Positions 1 through 9,022 of a DNA stretch of 32,941 bases are shown one piece after another. The stretch is from assembly GCA_031414595.1 (NCBI GenBank), contig JANNVX010000012.1:1-32941 (forward strand), written 5' to 3'. The DNA comes from Deinococcales bacterium (GTDB taxonomy: Bacteria > Deinococcota > Deinococci > Deinococcales > JAAFIG01). Position numbers and translations under genes: made by a program. Within the stretch, counting starts at the first letter, position 1; the number at the start of each line of letters is the position of its first letter. The notes beneath the pieces are model-generated. The model was not told the DNA's origin and ran no database searches. It saw nothing but the letters and a program-made list of their open reading frames with translations.

Positions 1-137
1 ATCTTTGCTGATTTGGATGCTTTGGAAGATATTTTGTGTGACCGTTGTGCTTTTCTGATGCAGAATCCTGAACTGGTTCGTGGTCGGGCTGGTTTTAGCT
101 GGCTCGATGATTAAATACTATCTAAGTAAATTTGGTA
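1..137 (+). mobile_element. Right end of an IS630-family element: transposase C-terminus (1..114, partial) plus putative terminal inverted repeat ending ...AAATTTGG|TA
   Basis: Frame +1 reads IFADLDALEDILCDRCAFLMQNPELVRGRAGFSWLDD* (TAA 112-114), resembling the C-terminal 'F..LD.LE..L..RC..L...PE.VR...GF.W' tail of IS630 transposases. It is followed by a short tail ending in TGGTA, with TA (136-137) matching IS630 target preference. Recognised from family memory, not from a database search. Confidence 0.7.
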
Positions 138-647
138 TTAGACCCAAAAGAAGTTGACTTTACAAAATACACAAGTCTAAACCAGCAACTAGAAGAAGCT
201 GGAATAAAATTCCAAACCCTCTCGAGTTTTTCAACAGATACCCGCCTCAAACAACTTTATGACCTTGACCTCGAGCTAATTCTCGATGTGCCATTTGGAC
301 AAACTGCCACCCCAGAACCGTTTGAGCTTTGGCAAAAGAATTTTTTAGAAGACCCAGAAAATAACCCGGAGACCCTTTGGATAGCCACCCACAAGGCAAA
401 TTGGATTGCTTTAAGCAGTTTAGGCAAACAAAAAGACCATTTTTTTATCGGCATGACAGGGGTTAAAAAAGACTACCGAGGCATGGGCATTGCCAAAGCC
501 CTAAAACTCGAGGGGGTGCGTTATGCCCTAAACACTGGACTCGAGATTCGCACCATGAACGACCATGTAAACACCGCGATGCTCGAGATGAATAAAAGTA
601 TGGGCTTTGTGCAGCATCACTCGAGATTGCGTTTTGAGAAGCGTTGA
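138..647 (+). pseudogene. C-terminal half of a tandem-domain GNAT N-acetyltransferase, 5'-truncated by the IS630 insertion
   Basis: GNAT motif A (TGVKKDYRGMGIAKALK) and 'RTMNDHVNTAMLEMNKSMGF'. The ORF-track TTG start lies inside the IS tail, and the protein begins at the inter-domain 'LDPKEVDF' region typical of double-GNAT proteins. Confidence 0.7.
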
Positions 648-718
648 TGATTGTCGTTCAGCTATTGGCTGTTTGTTTCTACTGACTGCCTTTAGGAATC
701 GGATGAATTACTAAAATT

Positions 719-2740
719 TCAGTCGAGCAAGGTTAAACCTAGTAAAGTCGGGTTACTTTGTAGCCCCGCACTCTCGAGAACAATGCTTTTAATTGCCAAA
801 CTCGGCTTAGGATTTGCCCAAGTCATGACCACCACATTGATGTCTAAGCCGCTCTTGGTCTGTCCGCGCCAAACAGGGTCAAAGAGGGTGGTACGCACCA
901 AGGGTTCTGTCCAAGCACTGATGTTTCTACCGTACTCGAGTGGAATAACGGTATTTGTGCCGTCGGTATAAACAACCGTGTATGAACCAATTTTGGTGCG
1001 TGGGCTGGTCAGCGGTGATAACCAACCTGTGGTGTGTAAAAAAGCCAGACTGCTGGCGGTTGTACCAATCTCGAGACTGACTTTTTTTGGTAGGTTCTGG
1101 CATGGCGGACGAGCGCCCCACATCATGATGCCTCTACTTATATCAAAGGCATATGCGCCAAGTCGAACATTGCTGCCTGTTGGTAAGCTCGATAAATCGG
1201 TATCTGCGCCTTTCCCAATCCATTGGGTTTCGTCGGTGTCGCTTAAGGCTCGAGTGGCTAGGCTGGATAAGTTAAAGAGTTTTCCTGCAACTGGTGCTAT
1301 TTTTAACGGAAACCGAGCATCGCGGTAACGGCTGGCGCTGTCGGTGGGAATAGGCGCAGTGGTATTCCAGAAAGCATTTCCTGCATTCAAATAAGCAATA
1401 CCTTGTTCGACCTGACCATCAAGCAAGGTATTATTGCCAAAGTAGCCACTCCAACGGGTTTGCAATGCCCCAAAAGCCCCAACTCGAGCCACGGCGCTTG
1501 CCATGCTTTCGGGGTTGTTATTTGCAAACCAACTCGAGCCAATCGCTCTAAAACCCTGTTTTTGAATGTACTCGAGCAGAGGGTAATCGGCACTTGGACT
1601 ATAATTCCAGTAGGTGATGACCATATCTTTTGGTAGAAGCGGCAAAATCGTTTCGCGGTGCGACTCGGTGGCTGCGACATCATGCCAAATCATTGTGCCA
1701 ACATTCATGGTTTTGAGGTGCGAATGTAGCCGCACGGCATGGTCAGCAAAGATTTTACCTAGCCCTACCGCCATGCCATCTGGACGACCCGGAAAGCGGT
1801 CTCTGGCTGCTACTTCGTCGTGTCCGATATGCACAAATTCGGGTTTGAAGACTTCTACAGCTTCGGCTAAAATAGGCAGAATAATATTGTAAACCCGTTC
1901 ATCCAAGGTGTTATAGGCATAGGGGTCTTTGGAATCGGGGTCTTGCATCAGTTCGCGGTTTTTGTTGTTGTAAAAAAACCATTGGGCATGTCCGGGTGTT
2001 TCGATTAAAGGAATGGCTTTCATGCCGTGGGTGCGAATCAGTTCGGCGACCCGCCGCGCTTCATCTTTGCTTGCACCATTGGGATGCCAAATATTCTTAG
2101 CGCTGTCCCAACGCACATAATTACACATAATCAGCAAGTGTGAAAATTTAAGTTTAGCAAGTAACGGCACAAGAATATCATTGACCCCTTGGCTGGCACT
2201 GTCTAAATAAATCATCGCCATGCGGTTTGTTAAGCTGGGATAGTCTAAAATACTGGCAAATTGAAACCCATCTTTTTGAATTAACTGCCGTAAACTCTGC
2301 GCCCCTCGATACGCGCCAAGTGCATCAAAACCAACAAGACCAATTCCCGAACCGTCCACCCAAAGCCCGTAGCCCTCAGCACGGTTCGGCACTAGGCCTC
2401 GAGCCGTGGCTTCGGTTTTTAGCGCTGCATTCTCGAGTGTCCCAATCCGAATGGTTCTCGAGGATGGTGTTAAAGGCAACGTATCAAAACCGCGCATCTG
2501 CATTTCAGTATTCAAATCCCTGACCGCCCAAGCCAGTTCTTGGGCATTGCCCTCGAGTTTTATGCCTAGGTCTTTTAGTGCCAAAAACCCAGTCTCGAGT
2601 TTTATTTTTTGCGGCACTGGCAAAATACTCGGATGAGGATTTCCAGCAAAAGCATTTTCGATTCGGGTAAATGGCAAATTCTGGGCTGTAGCACTCGAGA
2701 CCACCAAAAGCAGCAAAAGAAAAAGTATTCGTTGTGTCAT
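719..2740 (-). CDS. Secreted glycoside hydrolase family 20 (beta-N-acetylhexosaminidase-like)
   Basis: Signal peptide, GH20 N-terminal domain (EGYGLWV...GAYRGAQSLRQL, DYPS), 'IPLIETPGHA' and catalytic 'HIGHDEV'. Leaderless -10 TATGCT lies 5 nt before ATG. Confidence 0.9.
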   Translation of the reverse strand: MTQRILFLLLLLVVSSATAQNLPFTRIENAFAGNPHPSILPVPQKIKLETGFLALKDLGIKLEGNAQELAWAVRDLNTEMQMRGFDTLPLTPSSRTIRIGTLENAALKTEATARGLVPNRAEGYGLWVDGSGIGLVGFDALGAYRGAQSLRQLIQKDGFQFASILDYPSLTNRMAMIYLDSASQGVNDILVPLLAKLKFSHLLIMCNYVRWDSAKNIWHPNGASKDEARRVAELIRTHGMKAIPLIETPGHAQWFFYNNKNRELMQDPDSKDPYAYNTLDERVYNIILPILAEAVEVFKPEFVHIGHDEVAARDRFPGRPDGMAVGLGKIFADHAVRLHSHLKTMNVGTMIWHDVAATESHRETILPLLPKDMVITYWNYSPSADYPLLEYIQKQGFRAIGSSWFANNNPESMASAVARVGAFGALQTRWSGYFGNNTLLDGQVEQGIAYLNAGNAFWNTTAPIPTDSASRYRDARFPLKIAPVAGKLFNLSSLATRALSDTDETQWIGKGADTDLSSLPTGSNVRLGAYAFDISRGIMMWGARPPCQNLPKKVSLEIGTTASSLAFLHTTGWLSPLTSPRTKIGSYTVVYTDGTNTVIPLEYGRNISAWTEPLVRTTLFDPVWRGQTKSGLDINVVVMTWANPKPSLAIKSIVLESAGLQSNPTLLGLTLLD

Positions 2741-2818
2741 ACGGTAGCATAAAAGAAAAACATGAGAGAAAAGAGGAGAGTAAACTCTCTAACCCATACA
2801 TATTAACTATTCTTAGGT

Positions 2819-3526
2819 TTATTTTTTAGCAGTGCCATTTTTGATCACATCAGCAATGACACTTGGTAAATCCCAAGTTAAAATGTCAAAAGCGGCGGCT
2901 TGTAAGTTGTAGTTCACTTTTAAGAGTTCGACTCGTAACTTTGCCCCAGTAAAATCAAGAATCGCACAGTCCGCGCCGGGTTCTCCGTTGAGGCTTAAGC
3001 CAACACTTCCGGGGTTGATGATAAAACCTTGGTTGACTTCGCGCATACCGGGGACATGGCTGCCTCCGGTAATAAAAATTTGGCAATTAAGTTTCTCGAG
3101 CAGTTCATTGAGGTTTTTTTGTGAATCTGCCATATCAACTCGAGCATCTGGGTCATCGGGGAGTCCGTGCATAAAGCGGACCCTGCCGTGGCTGGTTTGT
3201 ATTTTGCCTGTCATTGGTAAGGCTCGCATCCATTTGAGGTCTTCGGGGCTTAAACGGGTTCTGCTCCATTCGATGGTTTGGTCAGCAATGCCCTGACGCA
3301 CCTCGCGGTTGTTCAGTTCAAAGGCTAAACGGGCTTCGCTTGAACCCATGGTGGTACTGACTTCGTGTTCACGTAAAAAACGCAGCACTTCGTCTGGGGT
3401 TGCACCGTATCCGACTAAATCGCCTAGACAAACAATTTGGCTGACCTGTAAATCCTGAAATTTTTTCCATACGGCGCGTAAAGCATGGATATTTGCATGA
3501 AGGTCGCTGATGACACCAAGTCTCAC
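2819..3526 (-). CDS. Metallophosphoesterase (calcineurin-like, YfcE/MJ0936-type)
   Basis: SDLHAN, LGDLVGYG, MHG and NPGSVG motifs. The GNH and GHTH motifs are degenerate (GSSE, GGSH). Confidence 0.85.
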   Translation of the reverse strand: MRLGVISDLHANIHALRAVWKKFQDLQVSQIVCLGDLVGYGATPDEVLRFLREHEVSTTMGSSEARLAFELNNREVRQGIADQTIEWSRTRLSPEDLKWMRALPMTGKIQTSHGRVRFMHGLPDDPDARVDMADSQKNLNELLEKLNCQIFITGGSHVPGMREVNQGFIINPGSVGLSLNGEPGADCAILDFTGAKLRVELLKVNYNLQAAAFDILTWDLPSVIADVIKNGTAKK

Positions 3527-3561
3527 AATTCGCTTAGTTTACTTTAGTTTTTTCATCTTTG

Positions 3562-3620
3562 CTAGACGTGACATTTGCCAATGCCTAGACGTGATATTTG
3601 CGGATGCTTAGAATGTTATT
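3562..3620. repeat. Imperfect 23-bp tandem direct repeat (about 2.5 copies) in a divergent promoter region
   Basis: CTAGACGTGACATTTGCCAATGC (3562-3584), CTAGACGTGATATTTGCGGATGC (3585-3607), degenerate TTAGAATGTTATT. Confidence 0.75.
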
Positions 3621-3631
3621 ATCCTGCCGCT

Positions 3632-5140
3632 ATGCGTAGCGATGATTTAGCCTTTTCTTGGCGTTCTACTCCAAAAGCCATGACCTTCAGTGCAAGGTTG
3701 GCTTTTGCGGCTGGTGTCCTGACTGGTTTTTTGCACCTGCCTTTTTTATTGGCTTGGCTCAGTGTCTTGCCACTGGCGGGCTTGTTGTACTTGGTGGCTC
3801 GAGAACAGACCGCTAAAGATGCGGCTCGAGTCGGGTTTTTTGGCTGGCTTGGCTTTTGGGCAGTGCATTTATTTTGGTTGCCGCAGTCGTTTTCGCTTAG
3901 TTTTGGTTCTTTTGTCTGGGTGATTATGCCGCTTTTATGGGTGGCGGAAGCGGCTCTAAATGCAGCGATGGCATGGCTGGCGCACCGGTTGACCAAAACC
4001 CACTTGGGTACAGTTTGGGTACTGGCAATGCTGGTTTTAATCCTCGAGTATGTTCGTGCCAACATGAGTGCTTTGTCTTTTCCGTGGGGGAATTTTGGGT
4101 ATACCTTAATAGATACCCCGTTAGCGCAGTTAGCCCAGTTTGGCGGGGTCTATTTACTGAGTTTTGTGCTGCTTGGAGTGGCTGCCAGTATTGCCGCTTT
4201 GGGCTTTCTCGAGTGGCGTTGGTTGCCTGTATCGGCGGCAGTGCTGGTCTTGGGTTTGGTCTTTGGGCTAACCCGTCCAGCGCCAAGTACCCCAAACCAA
4301 AATGCTTTATTGGTGCAGGGCAACATAGACCCATTGGGGCGTTTGGCACGTCCAAGTGGTAAATCTGACCTTGAAATTTTTAAGGATTTATCAAAACCAA
4401 AAAATCCCAATACGGTCATTATTTACCCCGAGGCAGCGCTTAGCCTTGAGCAACTTGCCAATTTGAACGGTTCAAGCAATGCTCCCAAATTAGGGCGTTT
4501 AATTTCGGGGGTTGCCGATTTTCGTCAGGGTGGACGGGTCAATGCTGTGGCAGCCATTAAGAACGGGACTTTACTAGGTACATCTACCAAGCAGCACCTT
4601 GTGCCTTTTGGGGAGTTTTATATTTTTCGGCGTGAACTGGCATTTATTTACAATCCGATTTTTTCCTTGCTTGGTTTAGGGGCTGGTTTTGGAGGTATGG
4701 ACTTAAAATTTGAAACCCGTACCCTCGAGTTGGATAATGAGCGTTTTGGTACATATGTTTGTTATGACAGTGTTTTCCCAGATGTAGCGAGGGCAAGGGT
4801 ACAAGACGGGGCGCAAGTCTTGGTTAATGTGTCTAACGATGGTTGGTTTGGGCGCACCTGGGGAATCGAGCAGCATTTTATGATGGGCAGACTCCGCGCC
4901 ATCGAAACAGGACGTTATGTGCTACGGGTTGGTAATACTGGTATTACGGCAGTGATTAGCCCACTTGGTCAGGTTTTACAACGCGCTCCGATTCAGCAGT
5001 CCTTGGCGCTCGAGGCAAAATATGCACTCGAGAAAACCCAAACCTTTTATGTGCGCTTTGGGGACTGGGTAATTTGGTTGGTTATCTTGGCAGCCATCTT
5101 TGGCGTAGTGGCTTCGCGTACCATAGACAATGCTTGGTAA
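3632..5140 (+). CDS. lnt: Apolipoprotein N-acyltransferase
   Basis: Multi-TM N-terminus with FPW motif; nitrilase domain with VQGNI, YPEAA, KQHLVPFGE, VCYDSVFP, SNDGWFG, RAIETGR and NTGITAVI. Start moved to ATG 3632, which has a TATCCT -10 box 6 nt upstream. Confidence 0.95.
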   Translation: MRSDDLAFSWRSTPKAMTFSARLAFAAGVLTGFLHLPFLLAWLSVLPLAGLLYLVAREQTAKDAARVGFFGWLGFWAVHLFWLPQSFSLSFGSFVWVIMPLLWVAEAALNAAMAWLAHRLTKTHLGTVWVLAMLVLILEYVRANMSALSFPWGNFGYTLIDTPLAQLAQFGGVYLLSFVLLGVAASIAALGFLEWRWLPVSAAVLVLGLVFGLTRPAPSTPNQNALLVQGNIDPLGRLARPSGKSDLEIFKDLSKPKNPNTVIIYPEAALSLEQLANLNGSSNAPKLGRLISGVADFRQGGRVNAVAAIKNGTLLGTSTKQHLVPFGEFYIFRRELAFIYNPIFSLLGLGAGFGGMDLKFETRTLELDNERFGTYVCYDSVFPDVARARVQDGAQVLVNVSNDGWFGRTWGIEQHFMMGRLRAIETGRYVLRVGNTGITAVISPLGQVLQRAPIQQSLALEAKYALEKTQTFYVRFGDWVIWLVILAAIFGVVASRTIDNAW

Positions 5141-5203
5141 GTCGCCCATAGACACTCTTGGTAAGTCGCCCATAGACATGCGCTCATAGACAACTCTTGG
5201 TAA
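5122..5203. repeat. 24-25-bp tandem repeat duplicating the lnt 3' end and stop codon (about 3.5 copies)
   Basis: CATAGACAATGCTTGGTAAGTCGCC / CATAGACACTCTTGGTAAGTCGCC / CATAGACATGCGCT / CATAGACAACTCTTGGTAA. Confidence 0.85.
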
Positions 5204-5230
5204 AAAATTTGTTAAACTACTGTTATTACC

Positions 5231-5989
5231 ATGTTGATTGTTATTCCAGACTTGCACGGACGCGCTGATTTACTCGAGGCGGCGGTGCGTTATTACCCCA
5301 GCGATACCCAATTTATTTTTTTAGGTGACGCAATTGACCGTGGTCCAGACTCGAGGGGTTGTGTGCGTCAATTGCTTGAATTAAATGATGCTGGGCGGGT
5401 GACTTTACTGCGTGGCAATCATGAAAGTATGCTCTCGACTGCCGCCGAGTATGACCGACTTGCTCAAGAACTCGGTGATGCCAACATGCTGAAAATGGCT
5501 CGAGAAGAATTTGTTAATTGGCAACGCAACGGTGGCAATGCGCTTTTCAGGGAATACGGTTTTTTTGGACCCGGTAATGTTCCAGATGACTTACTCGAGT
5601 TTATCAGACGCACCCGCTTAGCCTTTGAAAGCCACAATCATTATTTATGTTCTCATGCTGCGCCGCCCGTTTTACTAGACCGTTATCAAACCGTGGCAGA
5701 TTCGATGCTTTGGGCGCGTCCCAACGAAGGTCCTTTTGAAATGGATAAGCACCTGATTGGCAGTATTCATGGGCATACGCCTTTGGCTGTGCCAACTTGG
5801 GTCGAAAAACATTTGTATATAGACCTTGGCGCGGTCTTTAGTGGCAATTTATGTACGGTTAATTTAGACACTTTAGAAACGATTGTGCTGCGTGGTTCTG
5901 GGGGGGTTGGACGCGAAGCGCTTTTAGAACTGGCTTCGGATGAAGCTGGTTTGGTGCGCGAACAACCGTTTAGGATTGTAGAAATATAA
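5231..5989 (+). CDS. Ser/Thr phosphatase-like metallophosphoesterase (PrpA/ApaH-like)
   Basis: PDLHG, LGDAIDRGPDS, LRGNHE, SHA, HGHTP and IDLGA motifs. Confidence 0.9.
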   Translation: MLIVIPDLHGRADLLEAAVRYYPSDTQFIFLGDAIDRGPDSRGCVRQLLELNDAGRVTLLRGNHESMLSTAAEYDRLAQELGDANMLKMAREEFVNWQRNGGNALFREYGFFGPGNVPDDLLEFIRRTRLAFESHNHYLCSHAAPPVLLDRYQTVADSMLWARPNEGPFEMDKHLIGSIHGHTPLAVPTWVEKHLYIDLGAVFSGNLCTVNLDTLETIVLRGSGGVGREALLELASDEAGLVREQPFRIVEI

Positions 5990-6032
5990 AAGATTGTTCG
6001 CAAATCCCTTGACTTTTGTAATCATGTTTGAC

Positions 6033-6045
6033 TACTATAAGTATC
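6033..6045. promoter_or_regulatory. Single C-box-like site overlapping the methyltransferase promoter
   Basis: TACTATAAGTATC matches 11/13 nt of GACTATATGTATC (7792-7804) in the C-box. TTGACT at 6009-6014 is a candidate -35. Confidence 0.45.
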
Positions 6046-6049
6046 AATT

Positions 6050-6919
6050 ATGATTGCAACTCAACTTCATCAAAACTCAAAAGTCGTTGAAGTCAGAAAA
6101 CTACTAGGTAAACCATTTTTTGAAGCTCCTAACTGCCTGATTTATCATCAAGATTGTCTCGAGGGTATGAGGTTGCTAAATTACGAACTTATAGATTTAA
6201 CAATAACCTCACCGCCATACAATATCGGCAAGGAATACGAACGGGTCTTACCTTTAAGTGATTACATCACATGGTGCGAAACTTGGATTTATGAAGTGTA
6301 CCGACTTACAAAACCCAACGGAACATTTTGGCTTAACTTGGGTTACACCAGTCTTCCAGATACTGCCAAAGCAATACCATTACCTTATTTGTTATGGAGT
6401 GTAATTCCTTTTTTTTTAATGCAGGAAATTGTTTGGAACTACGGGGCTGGCGTGGCTGGTAAGAAGTTTTTTTCACCACGTAACGAAAAATTTTTATGGT
6501 TCGTTAAAAACCAAGAAGAGTACATATTTAACTTAGATGCTGTGCGTGACCCAAATGTAAAGTATCCAAATCAGAAAAAAAATGGCAAAATAAAAGTTAA
6601 TCCACTTGGCAAAAACCCAACTGATGTATGGCAATTTCCTAAAGTCACTTCTGGAAAAAACCGCAGTTCAACGGAGCGAACCGCCCACCCAGCCCAATTT
6701 CCAATTGCGGTCATTGACCGAATTATCCGAGCTTCATCAAATGTTGGTCAAACTATTCTCGATCCTTTTATGGGGTCTGGTACATGTGCAGAGGTTGCAC
6801 TTCGTAATCAAAGAGCGATTATTGGTTTTGAAATTAACCCAATGTACTGCGAGGTTATTGCCAACAGACTCGAGAGCCTGATGACCCAGACAACACTTTT
6901 TGATGAAACTAGATTTTAA
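6050..6919 (+). CDS. Type II DNA methyltransferase, beta class, probably N4-cytosine (M.ScaI-like)
   Basis: Catalytic TSPPY precedes HPAQFP and the SAM-binding DPFMGSGT (beta order). SPPY is typical of m4C enzymes. Adjacent to the restriction gene. Confidence 0.9.
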   Translation: MIATQLHQNSKVVEVRKLLGKPFFEAPNCLIYHQDCLEGMRLLNYELIDLTITSPPYNIGKEYERVLPLSDYITWCETWIYEVYRLTKPNGTFWLNLGYTSLPDTAKAIPLPYLLWSVIPFFLMQEIVWNYGAGVAGKKFFSPRNEKFLWFVKNQEEYIFNLDAVRDPNVKYPNQKKNGKIKVNPLGKNPTDVWQFPKVTSGKNRSSTERTAHPAQFPIAVIDRIIRASSNVGQTILDPFMGSGTCAEVALRNQRAIIGFEINPMYCEVIANRLESLMTQTTLFDETRF

Positions 6920-7530
6920 GGCATCACCGATACAAGTTTATTGTGCTTAGCCCGAGTCGTTAATGAGGCTTGTTGCCCCGTTTGTGCTTTTTGTCCTTTC
7001 CAATCGGTATGGTCTAACCAACCAAAACGAACATTGGTGATTTTTGGTTTTTTGGATTCCGAAACAACAAAATCACCATGGGCATCGGTAGCAAATTTTT
7101 CAAAATTGATGGCAATGTAGAAACCCGATTTGGATTTTTGTGAAGTCGTGCTTATTTGTGCATAACTGCGGTTGCCAAAAATGTCATTGGCACTCGAGGA
7201 GGCTTTCACTTCTATCGAATAGTAAGCATTAGGCAAGTACACCAAGTCTTTTTCGTTTTTACTTCGGTCTCGTCGCCACACATCTGGATAACGGCGTTGC
7301 AACTCGAGGGCAGACAATTCTTGAATTAGGGTTGCCATAATTTGTGGGGTGAAGAAAATATCCTGACCAATTTGGGCTTTAGCTGCACCTATTTGGGATG
7401 TAAAAATATCTTGCCAAGCCGTTAAAACCACTTCGCAAATTTCAGTGCCAGTGAGTGGATGTGTAGCAATAAGTTCCAAGGTTTTTTGTTTCCAAGTCGT
7501 CACTTCTAATCCAAAATAAGGTGAAATCAT
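6916..7530 (-). CDS. ScaI-family type II restriction endonuclease (prototype site AGTACT)
   Basis: SPY...KT.ELI..HPL, PQIM..L..EL, 'EKDLVY...YYSIEVKASS' (PD-(D/E)xK), IFGNRSYAQ, KSKSGFY.AINFEKF, RFGWLDHTDWKGQKAQTGQQA, all recalled as ScaI-family features. Convergent with the MTase; the two TAA stops overlap in TTAA 6916-6919. Confidence 0.8.
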   Translation of the reverse strand: MISPYFGLEVTTWKQKTLELIATHPLTGTEICEVVLTAWQDIFTSQIGAAKAQIGQDIFFTPQIMATLIQELSALELQRRYPDVWRRDRSKNEKDLVYLPNAYYSIEVKASSSANDIFGNRSYAQISTTSQKSKSGFYIAINFEKFATDAHGDFVVSESKKPKITNVRFGWLDHTDWKGQKAQTGQQASLTTRAKHNKLVSVMP

Positions 7531-7751
7531 AACCGATCTACTTTTTCGAGTAGCTGACTGGGTGTAACATTTAATGCGTTTGCAATTTTTACAATCGCAA
7601 GTACACTGATATTGCGCTCACCACGTTCCAAACCGCCAATATAAGTTCTATGAAGTCCACAAAGTTCGGCTAGTATCTCTTGCGAAAAATTCTTTGATTC
7701 ACGCACTGTCCGTACATTTTTCCCAAGCTGACCCAGCGATTCTTCGCGCAT
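7527..7751 (-). CDS. R-M controller (C) protein, XRE-family HTH
   Basis: SQEILAELCGLHRTYIGGLERGERNISV is the classic C-protein HTH. ATGA overlap with the endonuclease start; C-box upstream. Confidence 0.9.
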   Translation of the reverse strand: MREESLGQLGKNVRTVRESKNFSQEILAELCGLHRTYIGGLERGERNISVLAIVKIANALNVTPSQLLEKVDRL

Positions 7752-7776
7752 ATGGTTACACTTTGCCCAGAAAGAT

Positions 7777-7804
7777 GACTATTCGTCTACAGACTATATG
7801 TATC
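7777..7804 (-). promoter_or_regulatory. Tandem C-box operator upstream of the C-R operon
   Basis: Minus strand reads TACA-TAT-AGTC-TGTA-GACG-AAT-AGTC, matching the PvuII/BamHI-type GACT-N3-AGTC-TGTA-GACT-N3-AGTC pattern, 25 nt upstream of the C start. Confidence 0.8.
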
Positions 7805-7817
7805 TTATTGGAGATCT

Positions 7818-7851
7818 AAAAAGAAAAAGCGCAAGGCATTACCTTGCGCTT
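7818..7851 (-). terminator. Rho-independent terminator for the BMP gene
   Basis: Stem AAGCGCAAGG/CCTTGCGCTT, 5-nt loop, U-rich tail on the minus strand. Confidence 0.85.
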
Positions 7852-7867
7852 CTCGAGTACAAATAAT

Positions 7868-9022
7868 TTATTTGCTTGGTTCGTCTGCCACTTCGCCAAC
7901 CACACCGGGGGCAACCCAACCCATGGTGTTTAATTCAAGGATACTGGCAGCCCGTCCTGCTGGGATGCGTAAAATGCCTTTGCGGTCACGAATTGGTCCT
8001 TGGAATGGGTGAAAAGTGGGTTTGGCAGCCGACATTTTCTTTTCTAAGTCAAGAATACGGTTGTAAACCGAAACAGTTTGTGTACCGACTTTGAGGGTGG
8101 CTTTTTTCAGAGTATCAACAAATTTGGGGTTAATCGTCATGGTTTCTTCTGCACCGAGTTCCACGGCTTTTTCTTTCAGTAACCACCAGTAATCTACGTT
8201 CTGCAAGTTCTTGGTGGTGTACGCGCCGCTCAAGACTTTTTTAAGAATATCGGTGTAAATTTTTTCCCAGTGAACAATCTGCCCGGAAACCACCGTATCT
8301 GGGGCGAACTTGTACATCGGGCTGTAATGCCCAAAGCTCGGGATGCCTTTTTTGCCAGCCACAGATACAACTGTAGCCGTATCTTCGGTAAAAGCCAGCA
8401 CATCGTTGCCTTCACTCATCAGCGCTTCGGCGGCTTCTTTGGCTTTAGCAGGGTCAAACCAAGCGTTAATCCATTTGACATTGACCACGGCTTTTGGGTT
8501 GGCTGCCCTCGCGCCCAGTGCAAAAGCACTAATGTGGCGTTTTAACTCTGGAATGGGAAACGCAGCCACATAACCGAGTTTGCCGGTTTTAGAAAGTGCG
8601 CCTGCCATCAAGCCATTTAAGTAATAGACTTCATAAAAATCTGCCATGTAGGTCAGCATATTTGGCGCACGCTTGAAACCTGAAGCATGGGCAAAAATCA
8701 CGTCTGGGTACTTACCAGCCGCCTCGAGCGTCTGATCCATATAACCAAAGCTGGTGGTAAAAATCACTTTGCAACCCTGCGAAACCAAACGATCTATCGT
8801 TGGTAGCGCGTTGCCTTCTGGAACACTTTCGACGTATTTGGTCTCGAGATTTGGAATGGCTTTTTCGGTCAGTAACCGCCCTTGATTATGGGCATACGTC
8901 CAACCAATATCCCCAATTGGTCCAATATAAGTAAAACAGGCTAATAATTTCTTATCTTGAGCCGAAGCCATCATTGACACAGCCAAGGCAGCAGCCGCTA
9001 AACCAATCAGTGCTTTTTTCAT
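7868..9022 (-). CDS. BMP-family ABC transporter substrate-binding protein (nucleoside/purine-type)
   Basis: CF.YIGPIGDIGWTYAHNQGR, IFTTSFGYMD, KLGYVAAFPIPE and WFDPAK motifs. Start at MKKALIG with an AGGAGG RBS. Confidence 0.9.
   Translation of the reverse strand: MKKALIGLAAAALAVSMMASAQDKKLLACFTYIGPIGDIGWTYAHNQGRLLTEKAIPNLETKYVESVPEGNALPTIDRLVSQGCKVIFTTSFGYMDQTLEAAGKYPDVIFAHASGFKRAPNMLTYMADFYEVYYLNGLMAGALSKTGKLGYVAAFPIPELKRHISAFALGARAANPKAVVNVKWINAWFDPAKAKEAAEALMSEGNDVLAFTEDTATVVSVAGKKGIPSFGHYSPMYKFAPDTVVSGQIVHWEKIYTDILKKVLSGAYTTKNLQNVDYWWLLKEKAVELGAEETMTINPKFVDTLKKATLKVGTQTVSVYNRILDLEKKMSAAKPTFHPFQGPIRDRKGILRIPAGRAASILELNTMGWVAPGVVGEVADEPSK

Noticed and set aside
6050-7530. The local R-M system as the cause of the CTCGAG excess
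   Set aside because: The endonuclease looks ScaI-family (AGTACT), and that site appears avoided; a restriction target would be depleted, not enriched.
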